From assembly GCA_016220005.1 (NCBI GenBank), contig JACRIV010000014.1, positions 695 through 64,694 on the forward strand: DNA of 64,000 nt, given 5' to 3'. The DNA comes from Deltaproteobacteria bacterium (GTDB taxonomy: Bacteria; Desulfobacterota; Deferrimicrobia; Deferrimicrobiales; Deferrimicrobiaceae). Made by a program: the position numbers and the translations under genes. Shown here one piece after another: positions 30,877-39,677 of this stretch (its first letter is position 1; the number at the start of each line of letters is the position of its first letter). Under the pieces are notes generated by a model, which was given only the letters and a program-made list of their open reading frames with translations, was not told the DNA's origin and searched no databases.

Positions 30877-33099
30877 ATGAGAAAGACGCTTCTGTTCTTG
30901 CTCGCGGCCGCAATGGTCGTGCTTTTCTCGCTTCCCGCCTCCGCCGCGATTGTCGGCAGCAAGCACGACATGACCGGCTTGACGGGAATCACCTGGGCGG
31001 GCACGCAGGGTACCGCGGGCGCCTGCTCCTTCTGTCACATCCCGCACAAGGCGACCGGTGCGAAGGCATGGTCCGGTGCGCCGGGCGGTACCCTGGGCGT
31101 CATCGGCACGATCGGGCAGTTGTGCTATGACTGCCACAACCCCACCGGGAAGTTCCAGACCAGCCCGACCGTCGTCCAGATCAACGTGTTCGACACGCCG
31201 ACCTACCACGGTCTGACCAGCGGCAGCCTGCCGACGGGCGACACGATGGTCGGCTCGGGCCTGCCGTACGTCAACGCCGCGGCTGACAACATCACCCCCG
31301 GCCTGATGGAGTGCTCCACCTGCCACGACCCGCACAACACCGCGGCGGGTTCGGACCCGTTCCTCCAGGGGGCCAATACCGTCAACAACATCTGCCAGAA
31401 GTGCCATCAGGGCCGCGGCGACGTCGCCGTGGCGACCGCGCAGGGTTTCGGCGCGGCCGGCAACCCCGGGACCCACCCCGTGAACGTGTTGGCCAACGCT
31501 GCCAGTGCGACCAAGCCGACGACCGTTCCGGCAACGATGAGCCAGGCATACCGGGGCTCGGTGGTGTCCATCACCGGGGCTACGCCGAGAACCAATGCCT
31601 GGCAGGCCGGCGGACACCTCAACAACGGCCTTACTACGGGAACCGTCGTCTGCGTTACCTGCCATTCGATCCACGGCAGACAGGACGCGGCCCAGACCAC
31701 CGTCGTGGTCTTTACCGACAACACCGACGCGGGCGCCGCCAGGAAGACGCTGCTGTCGGTCGTCGACTCGAACAACGCCTCCAGCCTGTGCCAGGGGTGC
31801 CACGGGACCAACCCGGGCAACGCGGCCAACTTCACCCACCCGGTGAACGTGGCCACTCCCGACACCACGATCTTCAGCACCACGACCTCCCCTTATCAGT
31901 TGGGGCTGGGGACCGGGAACGCCAAGGCGCTCTGCCGCTCCTGCCACGGCGTCCACCCCGCCTCGACCGGCCGCGTAGCGACGGCGCAGACCCCGCTCCT
32001 GTACTCGGCGCTGGAAGGGGCGACGCCGTTCTGCAGCCAGTGCCATCCCGGCTCGGCGACGTTTATCGGAAACCACCACCCGGCCAACGTGCCGTGGTCC
32101 TCGGGAGTGGCGGGGATTGCGGCCAACGCTACCGCCCTCGGCCTGAACAACTCCGCCTGGGCGACCACGAACAACATCCAGTGCTACAACTGCCATGCCG
32201 GCCACAACGATCTCGACAACACCTCGAAGCTCCGCATCGCCAAGACGGCGGGCGTCTGGGGAAGCACGGCGAACACGCTTACCACGACCGGGTTCAGAGG
32301 GGCCTGGACCGCACAGTGCGTGGGGTGCCACTCGGGATACCCCGCGTTCTACACGGCGAACCAGGACGGCCTCCGTTCCCAGGGCAGCCACTTCGTGGGC
32401 AACGTTTCGACCGCGACCCCGAACCTCATGGACTACGTGTTCGCGGGGACCTGGCCGGCCAGCACCACGGCGTGGTCCTACTATGAAGGCACGACCACGG
32501 CTCCCAGGGTGGCCTGCCAGTCCTGCCATACCCTCATGAACAACGGCCTCCCGCGCACGGCCACGCAGCCCCTGCTGCTGGGGAACTACAGCGACAACCT
32601 GGAGGCCCAGGCGATCGGCACCGGGAACGGCCCTGGCTTGTGCCGCAGGTGCCACATCCCGACCCAGGACAAGTCGGCGTCAGCCGCCAACACCTGGTTC
32701 ACCGGGTACCAGACGACCGACACGCGTACTACGCTCATCCAAGCGACCCACCCTCTGGAGAAGATCCAGTCGGGCGCGGCCACGAACATCGCGACGTATC
32801 CGATCGCAGCCGGCGCCTATGTGACGTATCACACCGCCCCAGGGACCAACACGAACAACGTGAACTGCGAATCGTGCCACAGCGCCCACGGGACCTACGT
32901 GGGAATGGGCGGCTACATCCTGAAGGCCGCGTCCGGCGGGGCCGGAGGCACGAACTACTCCGGGAACTTCTCTCCGTCAGCCTCACCGACCAACTGGACG
33001 ACGATCCAGGGGCTGACCCGGGCGAGCTGGTTCCCGACTACGAAGGACGAGACCGGGTTCTGCAACCTGTGCCACGGTCAAGGCACGAAGGCGAAGTGA
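30877..33099 (+). CDS. large secreted 14-haem cytochrome c, Thr/Gly/Asn/Ala-rich
   Basis: Signal peptide. 14 canonical CxxCH motifs spread over 740 aa. Low-complexity T/G/N-rich linkers. Strong RBS AAGGAGGAAAGG. Confidence 0.85.
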   Translation: MRKTLLFLLAAAMVVLFSLPASAAIVGSKHDMTGLTGITWAGTQGTAGACSFCHIPHKATGAKAWSGAPGGTLGVIGTIGQLCYDCHNPTGKFQTSPTVVQINVFDTPTYHGLTSGSLPTGDTMVGSGLPYVNAAADNITPGLMECSTCHDPHNTAAGSDPFLQGANTVNNICQKCHQGRGDVAVATAQGFGAAGNPGTHPVNVLANAASATKPTTVPATMSQAYRGSVVSITGATPRTNAWQAGGHLNNGLTTGTVVCVTCHSIHGRQDAAQTTVVVFTDNTDAGAARKTLLSVVDSNNASSLCQGCHGTNPGNAANFTHPVNVATPDTTIFSTTTSPYQLGLGTGNAKALCRSCHGVHPASTGRVATAQTPLLYSALEGATPFCSQCHPGSATFIGNHHPANVPWSSGVAGIAANATALGLNNSAWATTNNIQCYNCHAGHNDLDNTSKLRIAKTAGVWGSTANTLTTTGFRGAWTAQCVGCHSGYPAFYTANQDGLRSQGSHFVGNVSTATPNLMDYVFAGTWPASTTAWSYYEGTTTAPRVACQSCHTLMNNGLPRTATQPLLLGNYSDNLEAQAIGTGNGPGLCRRCHIPTQDKSASAANTWFTGYQTTDTRTTLIQATHPLEKIQSGAATNIATYPIAAGAYVTYHTAPGTNTNNVNCESCHSAHGTYVGMGGYILKAASGGAGGTNYSGNFSPSASPTNWTTIQGLTRASWFPTTKDETGFCNLCHGQGTKAK

Positions 33100-33136
33100 C
33101 GCTTCGCTGGACTGTAATCTGACGTACCTGTAAAAT

Positions 33137-33178
33137 GGTGCCGGCCCCTGGGATTTAAGGGGCCGGCACCTGCTTCTT
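33137..33178 (+). terminator. rho-independent terminator
   Basis: 13-bp perfect stem GGTGCCGGCCCCT/AGGGGCCGGCACC followed by TGCTTCTT. Confidence 0.7.
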
Positions 33179-33206
33179 ACACCTACGCCCAAGGAGGATA
33201 AAAAGT

Positions 33207-33713
33207 ATGCGTGGATGGAAGATCCCGGTCGCAGCGGCTGCGCTGCTGGCTTGCTTCGCCACGGGCGCCCCGGCGATCGAGGTGGGCAAACCCGCGGTTC
33301 CCTTCACCCTGACGAATCCGGTGACCCAGATGGAAGTGTCGCTCCCGGCCGCCCTCGAGAAGAACCCGGCGCTGATCGTCTTCTTCAATACGTCGTGCGC
33401 GGCGTGCGAGGCGGAGCTGGTCGCCGCCAAGAACTACCTGCACAACAATCCCAACGCCTTCAAGCTGTTCGCAATCGCCATCGACTCGACGTCCGACGCC
33501 CGTGCCCGCGTGAGCAAGTTCATCGAGGACAAGGGCCTCGGCGTGGCCATCGTGCTCCTCGACCCGAAGTTCGAGGTGGCCGAGAAGTACGGGTTCAACT
33601 TCACACCGGCCGCCGTGGGCATCGACAAGGAAGGGAAAGTGAAGTTCGTCGTCAACGGCTTCTCGAGGACGGAGTCGAAAGTGTTTACAGGGAACCTCGA
33701 ATCCCTCAAGTAG
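33207..33713 (+). CDS. TlpA/ResA-like periplasmic thiol-disulfide oxidoreductase (CAAC)
   Basis: Signal peptide. Thioredoxin-fold motif LIVFFNTSCAACEAEL. RBS AAGGAGGA. Confidence 0.75.
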   Translation: MRGWKIPVAAAALLACFATGAPAIEVGKPAVPFTLTNPVTQMEVSLPAALEKNPALIVFFNTSCAACEAELVAAKNYLHNNPNAFKLFAIAIDSTSDARARVSKFIEDKGLGVAIVLLDPKFEVAEKYGFNFTPAAVGIDKEGKVKFVVNGFSRTESKVFTGNLESLK

Positions 33714-33851
33714 ATTCGCAGGCGCCCGTTTCGACTCGCGAGGGGGAATTGCCTTGTAGTGGGCTCCGGCCGGCGGCGACGGGCCGGAGCCCTTTTCGCG
33801 ACCCCTTCGAAGCGGCTTCCCGGACATCTTCCGTGAGAAGGGCAGGATCGA

Positions 33852-35570
33852 ATGTTTTTCCGCGATGATTCAAAGACCCGAGCCTTGTGTATCCCGTTGC
33901 TGCTCTGGCTTATGTGCGCCGGCTGCCGTGACGGAGAGCGGAACCCCCCGCAGCAGGGCGGTGCGAAAACCGCCGCGGAGAACGCCGCGGCGGGGAGAAC
34001 GGCCGACCTTTCGCCGCAGACCGCGGCGCGGGTGGGCGGTCTCGACGTGACGTTGAGCGACCTGAGAGGGGAGGCGGCCGACAGCAAATACGACGCGTAC
34101 AAGGCGGGATCCCCCGAGATGTCGGCCTTGAGAGCCCTGGACAAGCTGATCACGGACCGCTTGCTTTACCAGGAAGCCGCCGAGAAGAAGGCGTACGAAA
34201 ACTCCCCGATCGAACGGGAGTTGCGGGTCACGCAGGAAGTCTGGCTGGCCTCCCTCTATGTCAACGAGGTACTGCGCAGGCAGGTCAAGGTGAGCGAAGA
34301 GGAGATGAAGCCCTTCCTTCCCGACAAGTGGGACTCGGTGGAGATCTCCATGCTGGTGGCCGACGACGAGGCCGCCGCGAGGAAAGCGGTCTCCGCCGTC
34401 CGGGAGGGGAAGTCCACCTTCGAGGAGGAGGCGAAGAAGGGAGCGGGCACCATCGCCCCGAAAAAGGGACGCGTCGGCTGGATCCTGCGGAACACGGCGT
34501 TCTTCACGGACAAACGCCATGTCGACAGGATCTTCTCCCTGAAGCCGGGGGAGATGACGGACCCTTTCCTTGGGCCGCTGGGATGGACGGTGGTCCGGGT
34601 CGACAATCGCCGCGGGCTCTCCAAATTGGAGATCGAAGAGATCAAGAATACATCGCGGGAGGGCCTGTACAACAGGAAGTTCGACGAGCTCCTGAACCGG
34701 GACGCCGCCCTGCACAAGTGGACGCAGTACGCCGACAATACCGTTGCCAAGTCGCCTGGCGCAGTCGTCCTGGAGGGGCTGGGCCGGGTCTACACCAAGG
34801 CGGACTTCGACACGTTCGTCAAGATCCACCTCCAGTCGGGACACCTGATCCAGCAGCCCGAGACTCCCAGGGAGATCCTCCGCAACTTCGCGCGGCACAT
34901 GTCGTGGGCGGAGGAGGCGGGGCGGGCAGGGCACGACAGGCGCACCGAATTCATCGAGAGAATGAGGAGTTTCCGGATCGCGAGGACCGCGCAGGCCGTG
35001 GAGGCGAAGATCAAGGAATCCGTGAAACCCGATAAGGATGAGCTTCTCGCTTACTACAAGAAGAACAAGAACCGGTTCCGGGAGGAGGATTCCCTCTGGC
35101 TCCTGATCCTTTCCGCCGGCGGCCAGTCCCAGGCCCGCGAGTTCCGGAAGCGGGCGGAGGCCGGCGAGGACTTCAAGTCGCTCATCCGGCAGGCGGGGAG
35201 CGACGCGCCCGACGCCCGCGGGGCGGAGGAAGTCGGCCCGCTGACCCGGAAGATGTTTCCCCCGGACCTGGCCGCCATCCTCTTCTCCCTCCGCGAAGGC
35301 GACGTCTCCCAGGTCATCCCGCTGGCGGGGCAATACATCGTGGCCAAATGCACGCGGTTCAAGGGGGGTAAGACGAAGAGCTTCGAAGCCGTTCGAAAGG
35401 AAGTCCTTAACGCCTACCGGAACGACAACTACATGCCCTTGCTCGAAAAAAAGGTGGCGGAGCTGAAGGCGCGCTACCCCGTCCGGATGAACGAAAAGGC
35501 TGTCGAGATCGTCGCAAACGAGATCAGGGAGGAGGCGGCGAAACGTGGAGGCAAGCCGAAATACCACTGA
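33852..35570 (+). CDS. SurA/PpiD-like periplasmic chaperone with two parvulin (PpiC) domains; lipoprotein
   Basis: Lipobox LMCAGC. SurA-N-like region. Parvulin signatures GRVGWILRN...PFLGPLGWTVVRV and GQYIVAKCTRF. Confidence 0.65.
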   Translation: MFFRDDSKTRALCIPLLLWLMCAGCRDGERNPPQQGGAKTAAENAAAGRTADLSPQTAARVGGLDVTLSDLRGEAADSKYDAYKAGSPEMSALRALDKLITDRLLYQEAAEKKAYENSPIERELRVTQEVWLASLYVNEVLRRQVKVSEEEMKPFLPDKWDSVEISMLVADDEAAARKAVSAVREGKSTFEEEAKKGAGTIAPKKGRVGWILRNTAFFTDKRHVDRIFSLKPGEMTDPFLGPLGWTVVRVDNRRGLSKLEIEEIKNTSREGLYNRKFDELLNRDAALHKWTQYADNTVAKSPGAVVLEGLGRVYTKADFDTFVKIHLQSGHLIQQPETPREILRNFARHMSWAEEAGRAGHDRRTEFIERMRSFRIARTAQAVEAKIKESVKPDKDELLAYYKKNKNRFREEDSLWLLILSAGGQSQAREFRKRAEAGEDFKSLIRQAGSDAPDARGAEEVGPLTRKMFPPDLAAILFSLREGDVSQVIPLAGQYIVAKCTRFKGGKTKSFEAVRKEVLNAYRNDNYMPLLEKKVAELKARYPVRMNEKAVEIVANEIREEAAKRGGKPKYH

Positions 35571-35580
35571 GCTGGACCGC

Positions 35581-36165
35581 ATGACGGGTGGGGGGGCCAG
35601 AAAGGGAATGCCGTGCGGGGCGGCGGTGATTGCCATGGCCGCCGCCTTGGCGCTGACGGCCGGCCTGATGGGGCCGCCCCGGGCGTGCGCCACCTCCCCC
35701 GAGAAGGACGGCAAGATGGTGGGGAAGGCTTCACCGCGGTTCACGGCCGTTGATCTTGACGGCAAGACGAGAAGTTTCGAAGAGGTGAAGAACGGTTCGC
35801 ACGCCGTGGTGGTCAACTTCTGGGGGTTGCGCTGCTCGGCCTGCATCCAGGAGATGCCTTACCTGGACGACATTTACAGGAAATTCGCCAAGGAAGGCCT
35901 GTTCGTCTTCGGGGTGAACGTGGACGGGATGGACAGGGACGCCATCCGGAAGAAGATGAAACAGATGAGTCTCGCCCCCAGCTACTGCATCGTCGAGGAC
36001 CCGGATATGAAGCTCGCGGACCTTTTCAACATGAGGGCCGCCCCCCTGACCTACGTCATCGATGCAAAGGGCATCATACGGTTCCAGCACGAAGGGTTCG
36101 AGGAAGGCGACGAGAAGGAGCTGGAGAAGGCGGTCGACTCCGTCCTCCGCGGCAAGGCGGATTGA
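35581..36165 (+). CDS. TlpA family thiol-disulfide oxidoreductase (CSAC)
   Basis: Signal/anchor peptide. AVVVNFWGLRCSACIQEMPYL. Start chosen at the ATG at 35581 (ORF track 35545). Confidence 0.75.
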   Translation: MTGGGARKGMPCGAAVIAMAAALALTAGLMGPPRACATSPEKDGKMVGKASPRFTAVDLDGKTRSFEEVKNGSHAVVVNFWGLRCSACIQEMPYLDDIYRKFAKEGLFVFGVNVDGMDRDAIRKKMKQMSLAPSYCIVEDPDMKLADLFNMRAAPLTYVIDAKGIIRFQHEGFEEGDEKELEKAVDSVLRGKAD

Positions 36166-36202
36166 GGGAAGAGTACGGCTTCCTTTTGCAGGAGAGCGGG
36201 AC

Positions 36203-37357
36203 ATGGGAAAGATGACGCCAGGTGAAAACCGGGCACGCCGCGGTGCGAATGTTCTCCTGAAGTCGTTCGTCCTGGCGGTTTTCCTGACCGCCGTGATCGC
36301 CGGGACCCGGTCGTTTTCCGGGGAAACCGCCGGAAGCCCGTACCAGGGTTCCGAGAAGTGCGCCCCCTGCCATCAAATCCAGTACAAGGGGTGGGTGAAG
36401 ACCTTCCACAGCACGGTGGTGCAGGACGCCAGGAAGAACCCTTCCGCCATCATGGCGGACATGAACGCCCCCGACCTGCCCTTCAAGAAGGAAGACATCG
36501 ACCTCACGATCGGCGGCCACTGGGACCAGCGGTACCTCACCAGGATCGGGGACGATTACTACATCCTGCCGAGGCTATGGTCGGTCCAGAGCGGGAAATG
36601 GCGCCCCTACAGCACCTATGGGTGGCAGAAGCGCCCCTACTCGAAGTATTGCGTCGGGTGCCACTCCGTCGGCTTCGACCCGAAGACCAGGAGGTTCAAG
36701 GAGCATTCCGTGGGCTGCGAATCGTGTCACGGCCCCGGGGCGGAACACGTCGCCAATCCCGCCAGGGAGAACATCGTGAACCCCAAACGGCTCCCCGAGG
36801 ACCGGTCGGAGGATATCTGCGCCTCCTGCCACGTCAGGGGGAAGGACATCTCGGGCGAATACTTCTTCCCCATCGGGTGGAAGCCGGGGAATGACCTCGC
36901 GAAATTCCTCGTTCCCATCGAGAAAGACGAGGGAGAGAGCGACCACAACGCCATCCACCGTCTCTGGGACAAGTGGCGGGCGGACCGGGAGGCCCAGGCA
37001 AGGTCCCGTTGCGAGGTGTGCGGCATCCATCAGAACGTGAAGCCCCAGGGGCAGCAGATAAGCGTGGACGCGATCTGCATGAGCTGCCACGAATACGGGG
37101 AAAAGATGTCGAGCCACACGCACCACAAGGCCGACACGAAGATCGGCTGCGTGGACTGCCACCGGCAGAAGAACCCGGAATCGAATGAAAACAAGGAGAA
37201 CAACGTCCACTCTTACGGATACTTCCTGATCCACCCGCAGGGGTGCTGGGACAAGGAGATCTACAAGCAGTGCGGGAGCTGTCATTCGGGAAAGACAGGG
37301 CAGTGGGCATATGATATCTTTAAAAGTTGGGAAAAAACGGTGATCGTGGACCATTAA
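36203..37357 (+). CDS. heptahaem cytochrome c (c554-like N-terminal signature)
   Basis: Signal peptide. Seven CxxCH motifs plus one CxxCG. Begins EKCAPCHQIQYKGWVKTFH. Start ATG at 36203 after GCAGGAGAG. Confidence 0.8.
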   Translation: MGKMTPGENRARRGANVLLKSFVLAVFLTAVIAGTRSFSGETAGSPYQGSEKCAPCHQIQYKGWVKTFHSTVVQDARKNPSAIMADMNAPDLPFKKEDIDLTIGGHWDQRYLTRIGDDYYILPRLWSVQSGKWRPYSTYGWQKRPYSKYCVGCHSVGFDPKTRRFKEHSVGCESCHGPGAEHVANPARENIVNPKRLPEDRSEDICASCHVRGKDISGEYFFPIGWKPGNDLAKFLVPIEKDEGESDHNAIHRLWDKWRADREAQARSRCEVCGIHQNVKPQGQQISVDAICMSCHEYGEKMSSHTHHKADTKIGCVDCHRQKNPESNENKENNVHSYGYFLIHPQGCWDKEIYKQCGSCHSGKTGQWAYDIFKSWEKTVIVDH

Positions 37358-37359
37358 CC

Positions 37360-37935
37360 ATGACCAACGGGGGCGCGGTGATGAGGGGTGCGTCGCAGCT
37401 GTTCGTGCTTTTCCTTCTGATCGGTATGGTTCCGACGGGAACTCTCCCTGCGTTCGCGCAGGACACGGCGATGCGGCTGAAGATCGGCGAGAAGGCGCCC
37501 GACTTCAAGCTGAAGGACGTGATGACGGGCAAGGTGGTCAGCCTTCACGAGTTCACGGGCAAGAAGGTGGTGATGCTCGAGTTCTGGGCCACCTGGTGCG
37601 ACATCTGCAAGCGGGAGATGCCCAACCTCGTCAAGCTCCACACCGGGTGGAAAGACAGGGGCTTCGAGCTCCTCTCGATCGTCCTCCCCTCCGGCAACGT
37701 CGACGACATCCGCAAGATCGTGAAGGATAAAAGGATCACCTACGCCGTCCTCCTGGACGCCGACCTTTCCGTGGCGACGAAATCCTTCGGGCTTGCCGGC
37801 CCCATCCCGCTGAAGGTGGTCATCGACCACAAGGGCGTCATCCGCTACACGCACGTGGGCGACTATCCCCCGGGGGAGGATGAGCTGCCCTTCGTCCTCG
37901 AAGACCTCATCAAGGAAATGGGGAAGGGGAAGTGA
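37360..37935 (+). CDS. TlpA family thiol-disulfide oxidoreductase (WCDIC)
   Basis: VVMLEFWATWCDICKREMPNL. Signal peptide. Start chosen at the ATG at 37360, just after the cytochrome stop. Confidence 0.75.
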   Translation: MTNGGAVMRGASQLFVLFLLIGMVPTGTLPAFAQDTAMRLKIGEKAPDFKLKDVMTGKVVSLHEFTGKKVVMLEFWATWCDICKREMPNLVKLHTGWKDRGFELLSIVLPSGNVDDIRKIVKDKRITYAVLLDADLSVATKSFGLAGPIPLKVVIDHKGVIRYTHVGDYPPGEDELPFVLEDLIKEMGKGK

Positions 37936-38471
37936 GCCGCTGCGCCGTGCGCGTGACACCCTTCCGTCGGCGGGGGGTGGCCCTTCTTCTCTCCCTCTGC
38001 TTCCTGGGCATCGCCGCGACCGCCCTTCCCGCGGACAAGACCGTCGAGGTGGGGCATGCGGTCCCGGACTTCTCCCTGTCCGGCCTGGAGGGGCCGAAGG
38101 TGTCTTTCAGGAAGGACATCCTGGGCAAGGCGCCCCTCACCCTCCTGTTCTTCATGACCACCGCGTGCAGCGCGTGCTACGAGGAGCTCCAGGAGATCAA
38201 CGAGTTCGTCGGGGAAAACCCCGGCAAGGTCGACGTCTGGTGCATCGCGGTGGACCTGCGGGGGGCGCAGACCGTGGGTCCGTTCCGGCAGGCGAACAAG
38301 TTCCGGGTGAAGTACCTGATCGACCCGAAGTTCTCTCTCCCCAGGACATTTGGTTTCAACTATACCCCGTCCCTCGCCTTTGTCGATTCGAAGGGCGTGC
38401 TGCTTCACAAGAAGGGCGGCTACACGCCCAATGAACGCCTCTCCGACCTGATCCGGACGTTCCTCAAGTAA
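37932..38471 (+). CDS. thioredoxin-like protein (CSAC)
   Basis: GTG start overlapping the upstream stop (GTGA). LTLLFFMTTACSACYEEL. Signal peptide. Confidence 0.65.
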   Translation: MSRCAVRVTPFRRRGVALLLSLCFLGIAATALPADKTVEVGHAVPDFSLSGLEGPKVSFRKDILGKAPLTLLFFMTTACSACYEELQEINEFVGENPGKVDVWCIAVDLRGAQTVGPFRQANKFRVKYLIDPKFSLPRTFGFNYTPSLAFVDSKGVLLHKKGGYTPNERLSDLIRTFLK

Positions 38472-38480
38472 AGGATCTCG

Positions 38481-39674
38481 ATGCCTGCCTGGAAAAGGGT
38501 TTACCTGCTTGTCGCAATCGGCCTGCTCCTCCCGCCGGGCGCGTGGGGGTTCGGCCCCGGCGCGAAGGGATACGCGGGCTCCGAGAAGTGCCGGAAGTGC
38601 CACGAGGAGATCTACATCCAGTGGAAGCGGACCCCGCACGCCAACATGCTTCGGGACGCGAAGAAGAACCCGGACGCAATGGCGGCGAAGGATTTCTCCG
38701 GCGTTCCCTTCAAGAAAGAGGACGTCTGGTGGACGATCGGGAGCCACTGGATCCAGAAGTACCTGACTTTCATCGACAATGACTACTATGTTCTCCCGAA
38801 GTACTGGAACCTCGTCAACAACGACTGGGAGCCGTACTCGATCTTCAATTGGAGGGAGCGGCCCTACACGATCTACTGCGACGGGTGCCATACTACCGGG
38901 TTCGATCCCGAGACGAAGTCGTTCCACGAACCGTCCATCGGCTGCGAGGCGTGTCACGGCCCCGGCGAGAAGCACGCCGCGACCGGCGCGGCGGCGGACA
39001 TCGTGAACCCCGAGAAGCTCTCGAAGGAGCGGTGGGACATGGTGTGCGAGGCGTGCCACACGGACGGGAAGGACACGAAGGCCGGCGGCCAGTTCCCATT
39101 CCCCGCGCGTTACCGGCCCGGGGAGGACCTCACGAAATATTTCACCGATTTCTTCGCTCCCAAGCCCAAGTCGAAGAAATGGTACTGGGGGACGATGGAC
39201 TACAAGGAACGGCACCGGATGTTCCTGTTCTGGCAGTCCAAGTTCTATTCGACCGCGCGCGCGTGCGACGTGTGCGGATTCGATCGGGGGATCACGGTCA
39301 AGGATGAGCGATACATGAGCCGGGACGAGTATTGCGGCACGTGCCACGGGAAGATCTACAAGTTCGCCTCGGTCCACTCGCACCACGATTCGAGGACGGT
39401 CCGCTGCATCGACTGCCACACGCCGCAGGGGACCTCCGGGGGGCAGCGGTACAGCATCCACGACCACAAGTTCGACTTCTCGGGGCCGGAGCTTCCGTGC
39501 GTCGAGTGCCACGAGGAGAAGGATATCCGAGGGAAAAAGGCGGAAAACCACGACTTCCACTTTTCCCGTGTCAAGACGCCTGGAAGCCTGACCCTGGAGC
39601 AGGCGTGCGCCAGGTGCCATCCGGACAAGGGGATCCCCGAGATCCTGAAGGACTGGAAGCCCGGAGCGAAGTAG
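38481..39674 (+). CDS. octahaem cytochrome c, paralogue of 36203-37357
   Basis: Signal peptide. Eight CxxCH motifs plus one CxxCG. Begins EKCRKCHEEIYIQWKRTPH. Colinear with its paralogue. Confidence 0.8.
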   Translation: MPAWKRVYLLVAIGLLLPPGAWGFGPGAKGYAGSEKCRKCHEEIYIQWKRTPHANMLRDAKKNPDAMAAKDFSGVPFKKEDVWWTIGSHWIQKYLTFIDNDYYVLPKYWNLVNNDWEPYSIFNWRERPYTIYCDGCHTTGFDPETKSFHEPSIGCEACHGPGEKHAATGAAADIVNPEKLSKERWDMVCEACHTDGKDTKAGGQFPFPARYRPGEDLTKYFTDFFAPKPKSKKWYWGTMDYKERHRMFLFWQSKFYSTARACDVCGFDRGITVKDERYMSRDEYCGTCHGKIYKFASVHSHHDSRTVRCIDCHTPQGTSGGQRYSIHDHKFDFSGPELPCVECHEEKDIRGKKAENHDFHFSRVKTPGSLTLEQACARCHPDKGIPEILKDWKPGAK

Positions 39675-39677
39675 CCC

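Noticed and set aside
36166-36202. GGCTTCCTTTTGCA upstream of the 7-haem cytochrome as a sigma-54 promoter.
   Set aside because: GG-to-GC spacing is one nt short of the canonical -24/-12 distance.
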